Origin: an uncultured Clostridia bacterium
GTDB taxonomy: Bacteria > Bacillota > Clostridia > Christensenellales > CAG-917
Reading direction: 5' to 3'
Assembly: GCA_944349635.1 (NCBI GenBank)
Contig: CALVNH010000003.1
Span: 727-64,726 of the forward strand
DNA: 64,000 nt
Shown: positions 56,304-64,000 of the stretch, one piece after another
Numbering within the stretch: the stretch's first letter is position 1
Layout of the letters: every line of letters begins with the position of its first letter
The notes under the pieces: model-generated
What the model was told of the DNA's origin: nothing
Databases searched by the model: none
The model's input: only the letters and a program-made list of their open reading frames with translations
Made by a program: the position numbers and the translations under genes

Positions 56304-56651
56304 ATGATAAAGCGAGGAGAAATCTATTACGCCGATTTGAGTCCTGTTGTCGGGAGCGAGCAAGGCGGAGTGCGTCCCGTACTGGTCGTGCAGAACAACG
56401 TGGGAAACAAATACAGCCCCACCGTCATAGCGGCGGCAATAACCTCACAACTCGAAAAAGCAAAACTCCCCACCCACATCAACCTTCCCGCGGAAGAATA
56501 CGGACTTCCCAAAAACTCCGTGGTTTTGCTCGAACAAATACGAACGCTGGACAAAAAGCGTCTTAAAGAAAAAATAGGCGAACTGCCCTCGGGAATGATG
56601 GCACGCGTGAACGAAGCTCTGCTCATTTCTCTGGGTTTTTTCGAAACCTAA
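56304..56651 (+). CDS. mazF: MazF/EndoA (PemK family) endoribonuclease toxin
   Basis: [56 protein letters not shown]...[13 protein letters not shown] is near-collinear with Bacillus EndoA as I recall it. Confidence 0.9.
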   Translation: MIKRGEIYYADLSPVVGSEQGGVRPVLVVQNNVGNKYSPTVIAAAITSQLEKAKLPTHINLPAEEYGLPKNSVVLLEQIRTLDKKRLKEKIGELPSGMMARVNEALLISLGFFET

Positions 56652-56674
56652 CAGGGAAAACCGTAAAAAACGAA

Positions 56675-56702
56675 ATCGCGCCTTCCGACGCGGTTTTTCT
56701 TA
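56675..56702 (+). terminator. putative terminator after mazF
   Basis: ATCGCG-loop-CGCGGT followed by TTTTTCTT. Confidence 0.5.
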
Positions 56703-56810
56703 ACCGTCGTTTTCTTTCGCGACTTATAGGTTTTCCGACGACGCTTTGAAAATCGGAATGCCCGAACAGATTTTTCCGCATTACGACATGCCGTAGTGCA
56801 AAAATCGGAA

Positions 56811-57722
56811 TCAAAGCCGCATTATTCCCTGCAATTCGTCGAATACGAGGGGCAAACAACTCATAAGGTCGTCGGGAAGATGTGCAAGCGCGTTTATGCG
56901 GCTGAATTCCGCCGCTCTGCCCAAAGCGTACGCGCCCGTCCTTGCGGCGGTCAAGGGGTCGACCTTCCAGGCAAGCAAACCGCCGATGATTCCCGACAGC
57001 ACGTCACCGCTCCCGCCCTTCGAGAGTCTGGAATTGCCCGTGACGTTTTCGTAAACTTCCCTGCCGTCGCTGATATAACTTTCGTGTCCTTTTAACACCA
57101 CGACGCAATCATGCTCGGCGGCGTACTCTCTGCAAATCCATGCGGGAGAAGCGGCTATCTTTTCCGCCGGAACACCGCAAAGTCTGCTCATTTCTCCCGT
57201 GTGCGGAGTAAGCACGGCTCTGCCGCGGAAATCTCCTATGTTTGCCGCGCACTTCAAACCGTCCGCGTCCAGCACGAAATTGCACTTCGTTCTGTCGAGG
57301 ACGTGCCGCACGTAGCCCTCTGCGTCACCGTCCGCAAAGCCCATACCGATGGCAAACGATGTTGCCTTAACGGCAAGTTTATCCGCCGTTTTTTCGTCAT
57401 AAAGTGCGTTTCCGTCTCTCGAAGGCAATGGGAACACGGCAGAATATCTGACAACGGGATACAGCGCGGCAGCCAGAAAATCGGGCACGGCAAGCACCGT
57501 CGTGCCTGCGCCCGAGCGCATTGCCGCCTCACCCGAAAGCGACAGAACTTCCGCCGCGGACATGGCCGAAAATTGCGGAGCACCGACGTAATTCGCACTG
57601 CCGCCGACGATTACGCACCGCCCGAAGCTGCCCTTGTGTCCCTCTTCCGTGCGAAAAGGCAGCCTGAACTGCAGGCTATCCAAATCGTTCTTTTTGATTT
57701 CGGTCGAAGTATCGGCACTCAT
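56811..57722 (-). CDS. nnrD: ADP-dependent NAD(P)H-hydrate dehydratase (YjeF C-terminal type)
   Basis: GSFGRCVIVGGSANYVGAPQFSA and GGSGDVLSGIIGG motifs. Confidence 0.85.
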   Translation of the reverse strand: MSADTSTEIKKNDLDSLQFRLPFRTEEGHKGSFGRCVIVGGSANYVGAPQFSAMSAAEVLSLSGEAAMRSGAGTTVLAVPDFLAAALYPVVRYSAVFPLPSRDGNALYDEKTADKLAVKATSFAIGMGFADGDAEGYVRHVLDRTKCNFVLDADGLKCAANIGDFRGRAVLTPHTGEMSRLCGVPAEKIAASPAWICREYAAEHDCVVVLKGHESYISDGREVYENVTGNSRLSKGGSGDVLSGIIGGLLAWKVDPLTAARTGAYALGRAAEFSRINALAHLPDDLMSCLPLVFDELQGIMRL

Positions 57723-57814
57723 GATTCAGACGGTTGAAAATTCCTTTTGCGAAAAATCATTCCGCAAAGTGCGCCATGCACGTGGCTTTGCGACTGCGGC
57801 AAATTCACCGCTCA

Positions 57815-58318
57815 TTATTCAGTCGGGTCGTCATCATCGGACGCTCCGTCGCACAGGCTCGAAACCGCCTTCGAAATGACGGAATTTTCAAAGCCCTTCT
57901 GATACAAAAAGGCGCTCACTTTCGCAAAATCTTTCTTGTTTACGATGCGTTTCGACGCAACGTAACGCGAAGCGAAAGAGACCGCCTTTTCAAGTTCTTT
58001 TTCATCGGACAAATACTCGTCCGCGGCACGCAAGGCAAGCTCCTGCGACACTCCTTTTTCGGCAGTCAGTTTGTAAATCAACCTCTTTCTGCCGTATTTT
58101 CCGCCGTAATATTCGAAAAAATCGCGCACGTAGGCTTCGTCGTCGACATAGCGGTATTCCTTGGCACGGTCAATCGCCTCTTCCGTTTCGGCGACGCGGT
58201 AGCCCTTGGAGCGGAGTTTGTCGCGGACTTCTCTCTCCGAGCGGGGCGAGGCGGCAAGATATTTCACTGCCGCTTCGAACGCTTCGGGTCTGTTTTTGCG
58301 GTCTTTTCCGTTTTCCAC
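57815..58318 (-). CDS. recX: recombination regulator RecX
   Basis: 167 aa with repeated three-helix units (SEREVRDKLRSKGY..., YVDDEAYVRDF...). Confidence 0.85.
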   Translation of the reverse strand: MENGKDRKNRPEAFEAAVKYLAASPRSEREVRDKLRSKGYRVAETEEAIDRAKEYRYVDDEAYVRDFFEYYGGKYGRKRLIYKLTAEKGVSQELALRAADEYLSDEKELEKAVSFASRYVASKRIVNKKDFAKVSAFLYQKGFENSVISKAVSSLCDGASDDDDPTE

Positions 58319-58323
58319 GGGGG

Positions 58324-59385
58324 TTATTTCACTCTGTAAACCCAGCCGAATTCGTCGGGATAGCGTTCGGTCTGGATTCCCGTGATTCTGTCATAGAGCC
58401 ACGCCGTGATTTTGCCCATTTCGCCGCCGTTGATTTCCATAATCAAATCCTTGTAGGCAATGGTTCCCACGGGCGAAATGACAGCTGCGGTACCCGTTCC
58501 GAATGCCTCGTCCAGCTTCCCGTTGCGGTAAGCTTCCACGACTTCGTCGATGGGAACGTGTCTCTCTTCCACCTTGTAGCCGTATTTACGGAGTACCTGC
58601 AATGCGCTGTCGCGGGTGATACCGCGCAGAATGGAACCGTCGAGCATGGGCGTAACCACCGTGCCGTCGATGACGAAGAACATATTCATCGCCCCGACTT
58701 CCTCGACATACTTCTTTTCCGCACCGTCCAGCCAGAGCACCTGGTCGTAGCCCTTTTCTTTGGCTTTTTCGCCGGCAAGCAGACTGCATGCATAGTTGCC
58801 CATGCACTTCGCCTCTCCGGTACCGCCCTTGGACGCACGGGTAAATTCACTCTCGACGATGAGTTTTGTGGGTTGAAGTCCGTTCTCGTAATAGCTTCCC
58901 ACAGGAGAAAGAATTATGCTGAACAGGAACTTTTTGCTGGGGTGAACACCGAGAAAAGCCTCCGAACCGAACATGAACGGACGGATGTAGAGAGCGGTTC
59001 CGGGATTGGTGGGAATCCACTCCTCTTCCAGCTTGACCAACTCGCAGAGTGCGGCAAGCACGGTGTCTATATCAAGCTGTGCCATGCAAAGACGCTCCGC
59101 ACTTCTGTTCATGCGCACGAAATTGTCGCGGGGGCGGAACATCGTGATTTCGCCCTTTGCGTTCTTGTACGCCTTGAGCCCCTCGAAAATGCCCTGACCG
59201 TAATGCAGGGAGCAGCAGGCGGGATTGACCTTGAAATCGTCGTAAGGAACGATTTCGGGCTCACCCCAACCGCCTTTCGCGCTGTCATACTCCATGACAA
59301 GCATATGGTCGGTAAAATACTTACCGAAACCGAGTTTGTTGAAATCGGGTTTTTGCTTTCTTTCTTTGACCATTGTGATTTTCAT
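58324..59385 (-). CDS. ilvE: branched-chain amino acid aminotransferase
   Basis: 353 aa, class-IV aminotransferase pattern (FGKYFTDHM, GTGEAKCMGNYA, EVGAMNMFF). GAGGAG ribosome-binding site. Confidence 0.9.
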   Translation of the reverse strand: MKITMVKERKQKPDFNKLGFGKYFTDHMLVMEYDSAKGGWGEPEIVPYDDFKVNPACCSLHYGQGIFEGLKAYKNAKGEITMFRPRDNFVRMNRSAERLCMAQLDIDTVLAALCELVKLEEEWIPTNPGTALYIRPFMFGSEAFLGVHPSKKFLFSIILSPVGSYYENGLQPTKLIVESEFTRASKGGTGEAKCMGNYACSLLAGEKAKEKGYDQVLWLDGAEKKYVEEVGAMNMFFVIDGTVVTPMLDGSILRGITRDSALQVLRKYGYKVEERHVPIDEVVEAYRNGKLDEAFGTGTAAVISPVGTIAYKDLIMEINGGEMGKITAWLYDRITGIQTERYPDEFGWVYRVK

Positions 59386-59746
59386 AACAACTCCTCAAAC
59401 GCCGGTTAGCGTATATAGATTCTTCGGTTATTCGACAGTTTATCCTGCATCCGTCTGTTTCGGTCGGACAAACCGCCGTCGGTTTCGCCGTGCCTTTGCC
59501 GCAGGCTGTCTTCCGCTTCGGAGCACGATTCGTGTGTAAAATCGCACGCACTGCGGAAAACGCGCGACACGACACAAAAATTTGTCGTGTTTTGTCCTCT
59601 GCAATCCCACTGATTAGAGGCAGTATACGTTTCGTGTTGCGCAGTCGACGACCATGGAGATTTCGCATAGACGACCGACTCAAATTTACAGTACACGATT
59701 CGTGCATTGTTTCGGTTGTTCAGACGCAGCCGTTGGTTTTTCCTTA

Positions 59747-60379
59747 TCAATCGGGAATGACCGCATAGCCGCAACCGCTTTCCGATGGAACAACGGCGCC
59801 TCCCGTGACCGCCGCAACGGCGTCGCGTACTTTCTCGGCAAAGTCGGTGTCCACGAAATACGTTGCCGTCACGCCGTCCGCATAGCTCACGCTTTCGCAC
59901 ACGGCGCGGTTCTTGCGAAATGCGTTCTCCACGGCGGAATACTCCTGATAGCCGCATTCGACCGTCATTCGCACACATTCCGTGAATCGGACGGTCACAG
60001 CGCTGTCCAGCGCTTTCGCCACACTCTCCGTGTATGCGCCGACAAGCCCGCCCGCGCCCAGCTTTATTCCGCCAAAATACCTTGTCACCACGGCAACGGT
60101 TTTGACCAGGCCTTTCTTTTTCAGCACTTCCAATATGGGCTGACCTGCCGTACCGCCAGGTTCCCCGTCGTCGGAAAAGCGCGCGGCAGTACCGTTCTCG
60201 TCGGATATATAGGCGTAACAGTTGTGCGTGGCGTCGGAATATCTCTTTCTGACGGCGCGGACGAATTTCTCCGCGTCCTCGTCGTCCTCTATTCCCGCGA
60301 CGGTTGCAATGAACACGGAACGACGGATTTCCGTCCGCTCCGAAGTTTCACCCAGCAACGTCGTGTAATTCTTACTCAA
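59747..60379 (-). CDS. yigZ: YigZ/IMPACT family protein
   Basis: Contains EIRRSVFIATV...ATHNCYAY...DDGEPGGTAG. Confidence 0.85.
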   Translation of the reverse strand: MSKNYTTLLGETSERTEIRRSVFIATVAGIEDDEDAEKFVRAVRKRYSDATHNCYAYISDENGTAARFSDDGEPGGTAGQPILEVLKKKGLVKTVAVVTRYFGGIKLGAGGLVGAYTESVAKALDSAVTVRFTECVRMTVECGYQEYSAVENAFRKNRAVCESVSYADGVTATYFVDTDFAEKVRDAVAAVTGGAVVPSESGCGYAVIPD

Positions 60380-61586
60380 CTGTCACCTTGTAGAAGTTCT
60401 TTTTGCCTTTCTGCAAGACAAAACCGTTCGCCGCCTGACTGTCCGTAATCGTCGCGGCAAAATCCGTGACTTTGACTCCGTCGACGCTGATGCCGCCGCC
60501 CTGAATGAGACGTTTCGCTTCACCCTTGGACGGGACCTTCGCAACCGCAACGAGTATGTCCGCAACGGCAGTCATTCCTTTTGGGATGACAGCGGACGGC
60601 ATATTGTCGCTGTCGCCCGAAAACGCCGCCTTTGCCTTTGCTAGAGCGTCGTCGGCGGCTTCCTTGCCGTGCACCATGGAAGTGAGCTCGTAAGCCAGTC
60701 TTTCTTTTGCGGCGTTCATGCGCTCGTCGTTGTATCTGGTGAGCTCCTTAATCTCGTCGAGAGACAGGAACGTGAGGAACCTGAACACGGTTTCGACGTC
60801 GACGTCGGGAATGTTTCTCCAATACTGGAAGAAATCGTACGGACTGGTCTTTGCCGCATCGAGCCACACGGCTCCCTTTGCCGTCTTGCCCATTTTGATG
60901 CCTTCGGAAGTCGTCAGAAGCCCGAACGTAATCGCAAACGCGTCCTTGCCTTCCTTCCTGCGAATGAGGTCGGCACCCGCGAGTATGTTGGACCACTGGT
61001 CGTCGCCGCCGCACTGCAAGACGCAACCGTACTTCCTGTTGAGCACAAGAAAGTCGTAGGACTGCATGAGCATATAGTTGAACTCCAAAAAGCTGAGCCC
61101 CTTTTCCATACGCGCCTTGAAGCACTCCGCCGTCAGCATTCTGTTTACGGAGAAATGAGCGCCTACTTCGCGCAGGAAGTCGATATAGTTGAGGTCAAGC
61201 AGCCAGTCGGCGTTGTTGACGATGATTGCGCCGTTTTCGCCCTCGAAACTGATGAAACGCGCCATCTGTTTCTTGAAACATTCCACGTTGTGGGCAATGG
61301 TTTCCTTGGTGAGCATACTGCGCATATCCGTTCTTCCGGAAGGGTCGCCGACCATGGCGGTACCGCCGCCTATCAGAATGATGGGTTTATGTCCGGCATC
61401 CTGCAATCTCTTTGCGACGATGAGTTGCATGAAGTGCCCGACGTGAAGGCTGTCGGCAGTGGGGTCGAACCCGATATAAAAACACTGCGGACCGCTGTCG
61501 AGCAACTTTTTGAGTTCGTCTTCGTAGACGGTCTGTTTGACAAGACCGCGTTCACGCAATTCGTCGATAATGTTGAGTTTGGACAT
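60372..61586 (-). CDS. tyrS: tyrosine--tRNA ligase
   Basis: HIGH-type motif LHVGH, KMSKS-type motif KMGKT, and a C-terminal S4-like domain. Confidence 0.95.
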   Translation of the reverse strand: MSKLNIIDELRERGLVKQTVYEDELKKLLDSGPQCFYIGFDPTADSLHVGHFMQLIVAKRLQDAGHKPIILIGGGTAMVGDPSGRTDMRSMLTKETIAHNVECFKKQMARFISFEGENGAIIVNNADWLLDLNYIDFLREVGAHFSVNRMLTAECFKARMEKGLSFLEFNYMLMQSYDFLVLNRKYGCVLQCGGDDQWSNILAGADLIRRKEGKDAFAITFGLLTTSEGIKMGKTAKGAVWLDAAKTSPYDFFQYWRNIPDVDVETVFRFLTFLSLDEIKELTRYNDERMNAAKERLAYELTSMVHGKEAADDALAKAKAAFSGDSDNMPSAVIPKGMTAVADILVAVAKVPSKGEAKRLIQGGGISVDGVKVTDFAATITDSQAANGFVLQKGKKNFYKVTVE

Positions 61587-61707
61587 AAATATCACCTTTA
61601 TAAGTCTTTTAGAAATCTTTTGAAAATTATATCACCAAAAACGCACGCGCGCAACACAAAATGCAAAGCGAATCAAAAAGAATGAATTTTATCGAAATTC
61701 TTTGCCG

Positions 61708-62145
61708 TCAGACCTCTTTGTCGGTAACGGAAGACAAAACGGCGTCCAACATGCCTTCGAAGGCGTCGCCCACGGCTTCGTACGCCGCAAGCTCCATACC
61801 GTAAGGGTCGGCAATCTCCGTTCCCGCCACTTCGGAAAGCGAACGGACGTTGCACGAAGGGTATTTTTCGTGCAAAGCGTCACGCAACGCATCCGTCATC
61901 GCAAACACGTAATCGGACTGTGCCGCAAGCGCGTCGTCAAAGGTCTTTGATACATAATTTGCAGCATCTATCCCCCTGGATTTCAAAACGGCAACCGTAT
62001 TCGGATTGACGGGAGTTCCCCCGCTCATAAGCCCCGCGCTGTCGGTTTCGCACTCGAAACCGACCTTTTTCGCGTAGTCGCGGAACATATACATCAACAT
62101 CGGACTGCGGCAGGTGTTTCCCGTGCAAACGAACGTGATTTTCAT
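61708..62145 (-). CDS. low-molecular-weight protein phosphatase (LMW-PTP / arginine phosphatase type)
   Basis: CX5R P-loop VCTGNTCRSPM and a C-terminal DP motif. Confidence 0.85.
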   Translation of the reverse strand: MKITFVCTGNTCRSPMLMYMFRDYAKKVGFECETDSAGLMSGGTPVNPNTVAVLKSRGIDAANYVSKTFDDALAAQSDYVFAMTDALRDALHEKYPSCNVRSLSEVAGTEIADPYGMELAAYEAVGDAFEGMLDAVLSSVTDKEV

Positions 62146-63131
62146 ACGATTTTTCCCCCTGCGGCCTTGACGACACGGTTCATTACGGAGCGCTCGATGC
62201 CTGCGCCCTTCAAGGTTTCAATGATGATTACGTCATAGAGTTTTTCCGCCGTTCGCAATGCGGAATAGACGTTGCGCATATAATCTTCCGCCGTAACCCC
62301 CAGCGAAACCAGATTCCTGTCCTGCGTCACGTCGCGGTAAATGTCTCTGAACACCAGTACGGGGTGTTTCCCCTCTGCCAGCATACCGTCGTAATACTCC
62401 ACAGCCGACGAGACGCTTTCGGCGGCAACCGTCGTCACCTTCGGCGCATAATGCTCGTATTTCATTCCGGGCGATTTTGCGATTTTCAGCTCCTTGCCGT
62501 GCAGGGAAACTTCACCCAAAACTTCGGCAAGCATTTCCGCCGTGACGGCGCCGGGACGAAGTATCGCAGGCATCTCCGAAGTAAGGTCCAGCACCGTGGA
62601 TTCTATTCCCACACCGCACGGACCGTCGTCGAGAATGAGCCCAACCTCGCCTTTCAAATCGTCGTAGACGTGTTGTGCCGTGGTTGGCGAAACGTGTTTG
62701 CTCCTGTTTGCCGACGGTGCGGCAAGCGGCGCGGAACGCGCTATCAGTTCACGTGCGTATTTATTGTCGGGCATTCTCACGGCAACCGTGTTTCCGCCGG
62801 CGGTAACAACGAAAGGAATTTTGTCGGATTTGGGCAAAACCACCGTCAGCGCACCCGGCATGAATTTTTGGGCAAGCAGGAAGAATTCCGACGGGACGTC
62901 CACGGCGATATCCCGCACCTGTTCGGGTGACGCGATATGCACGATGAGTGGGTTGTCCTGCGGCCTTCCCTTTGCCGCAAATATCTTTTCCACGGCTTTG
63001 CCGTTGAAGGCGTCCGCACCCAATCCGTATACGGTTTCGGTGGGAAAAACAACCAATTCGCCCTTTTTTATGAGCGAAACGGCCTCGTCAAGTCCTTTTT
63101 CTGCTTTTACAATGCGTGTTTCCAATTCCAT
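62142..63131 (-). CDS. tsaC: L-threonylcarbamoyladenylate synthase (Sua5/YwlC long form)
   Basis: VFPTETVYGLGADA, GRPQDNPLIVH, and a C-terminal Sua5 domain. Start set at MELETRIV (63131), not the arginine-rich upstream extension. Confidence 0.88.
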   Translation of the reverse strand: MELETRIVKAEKGLDEAVSLIKKGELVVFPTETVYGLGADAFNGKAVEKIFAAKGRPQDNPLIVHIASPEQVRDIAVDVPSEFFLLAQKFMPGALTVVLPKSDKIPFVVTAGGNTVAVRMPDNKYARELIARSAPLAAPSANRSKHVSPTTAQHVYDDLKGEVGLILDDGPCGVGIESTVLDLTSEMPAILRPGAVTAEMLAEVLGEVSLHGKELKIAKSPGMKYEHYAPKVTTVAAESVSSAVEYYDGMLAEGKHPVLVFRDIYRDVTQDRNLVSLGVTAEDYMRNVYSALRTAEKLYDVIIIETLKGAGIERSVMNRVVKAAGGKIV

Positions 63132-63157
63132 TTTGCGCCTTTTGCACGCTCGCGAAA

Positions 63158-64000
63158 TCACTTTTCGTCCGTATCGGAGCGGGCGGCTTTCTTCTTTTTT
63201 ACAGAGACGGCAATCACCGTGACCGTCACGGCGACAATCACCGCGGCTCCCGCGCATATCACGCCTATCGCCCACGTCGGGAACTCTTTTCCTTCGGGCG
63301 CACCGTCTGCAAGCACGGGCGAAGCCATGTCGTCGCCGGTGAGGAAGTAGACGTACTGATTGCCGTCCTTCTCGTGCTGTCCGATGAGGAAGACCAGGTT
63401 GTTGTCGGCGTTGGGAGAATAGATTATGCAAGTGACGAGGTCTGCCTCGTGCACGACGTTCTTGTCGACGGAGGCGTCGAAATTCTTTGCGCCGTAATAT
63501 GTCACTCCGTCGATTGTCTTTTTATACACATAGCAGCCGCGCTTATACAGCGCGCTTCCGCCGCTCGACGAGGCAATGTCCGCAAGCGGTGCCGTCTTGC
63601 CGTCACTCATCTTTTCGATGACGGTGCCGTCCCTTCCCAACAGAACGCCTTTGTTGCCGTCGGCAAGAACGGCGTAGGTGTAATATCCGCGGAAGGGCTC
63701 TATGCGGGAATAGACAAAGTCGATGACGAGTTCGCCTTGCAGATTGAACGCACCGTAACGCACAGCGTTGGACTCGTTCAGTTTGGAAACAATAATCATG
63801 TCGCCGTAAAGGTTGGCGGTCAGAATGTCGTAATCCTTGTTTTCGAACACCTTGTTTCCCTTTTCGTCGTAAAGTTTTAGGGTGCTTGGCATGACGGGGT
63901 TGTAACCGTAGCCGTCGGTAAATTGCAGAAGCAAATCGTAATAGCCTATTTTATCGCGACTTGCCGCTCCTTCGACTTTCGTGCCCACGTTTCCCGTGAG
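63158..64000 (-). CDS. C-terminally TM-anchored protein with WG/KWG-like beta repeats; partial, runs off the right edge
   Basis: Repeated ...G.YGAFNLQGELVIDFVY..., ...GVLLGRDGTVIE... segments, then a TM helix and a KKKK tail. Confidence 0.55.
   Translation of the reverse strand, partial: LTGNVGTKVEGAASRDKIGYYDLLLQFTDGYGYNPVMPSTLKLYDEKGNKVFENKDYDILTANLYGDMIIVSKLNESNAVRYGAFNLQGELVIDFVYSRIEPFRGYYTYAVLADGNKGVLLGRDGTVIEKMSDGKTAPLADIASSSGGSALYKRGCYVYKKTIDGVTYYGAKNFDASVDKNVVHEADLVTCIIYSPNADNNLVFLIGQHEKDGNQYVYFLTGDDMASPVLADGAPEGKEFPTWAIGVICAGAAVIVAVTVTVIAVSVKKKKAARSDTDEK

Noticed and set aside
59386-59746. T-box or attenuator leader for ilvE
   Set aside because: No T-box consensus, no specifier loop and no Leu/Ile/Val-rich leader peptide were found. 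Only the repeated palindrome and one hairpin are reported instead.
63132-63431. 100-codon N-terminal extension of the tsaC/sua5 ORF (similar extensions exist on the dnaJ, prmA, rsmE, ddh, nadE, DUF2156 and HATPase ORFs)
   Set aside because: The extensions are Arg-rich low-complexity sequence and overlap upstream genes or regulatory sites. The conserved domains begin at internal ATGs, most of which are preceded by Shine-Dalgarno sequences, though the nadE start is less certain and the DUF2156-GNAT start lacks a clear one.

Overview
The window looks like a chromosomal segment of a moderately GC-rich, strictly anaerobic Firmicutes/Clostridia-like bacterium. Taxonomy is inferred only from gene content and order. 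About 60 protein genes are supported, roughly 85% on the minus strand, plus three single tRNA genes: Thr-CGT, Glu-CTC and Leu-GAG. I saw no rRNA, CRISPR array, transposase, integrase or phage gene. Left to right: (1) the heat-shock locus hrcA-grpE-dnaK-dnaJ-prmA-rsmE-mtaB, with a near-consensus promoter and a CIRCE operator. (2) An envelope-related stretch: DUF3784 protein, membrane-anchored GDPD, PAP2 phosphatase, MATE pump, a 1444-aa surface protein with two metallophosphoesterase domains, and an MMPL transporter. (3) A ten-gene electron-bifurcating-type [FeFe]-hydrogenase operon. Its structural genes hydC/fdx/hydB/hydA are interrupted by six putative sensory/regulatory genes: DRTGG, HATPase, HydS-like hydrogenase paralog, DRTGG, PHP, HATPase. 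(4) nadE, then gldA and a fused dihydroxyacetone kinase. (5) A long minus-strand run: aconitase-family hydratase, acyl-CoA synthetase, iorAB, paaK, ACT protein, alr, MTHFS, an rsmD-coaD fusion. (6) A DUF2156+GNAT protein behind three unknown membrane proteins and valS. (7) pgsA-like, HAD, ddh, a mazF toxin with no adjacent antitoxin, nnrD, recX, ilvE, yigZ, tyrS, LMW-PTP, tsaC/sua5. The items most worth follow-up are: the uncharacterised sensor/kinase/phosphatase-like module inside the hydrogenase operon; the DUF2156-GNAT plus membrane-protein cluster; the perfect 136-bp tandem duplication and promoter-driven unassigned transcript upstream of tRNA-Glu; the structured trailer behind tRNA-Leu; the solitary mazF; and a twice-repeated 11-bp inverted-repeat motif upstream of ilvE. 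All functional calls rest on my recognition of motifs in the supplied translations. No database search was run.
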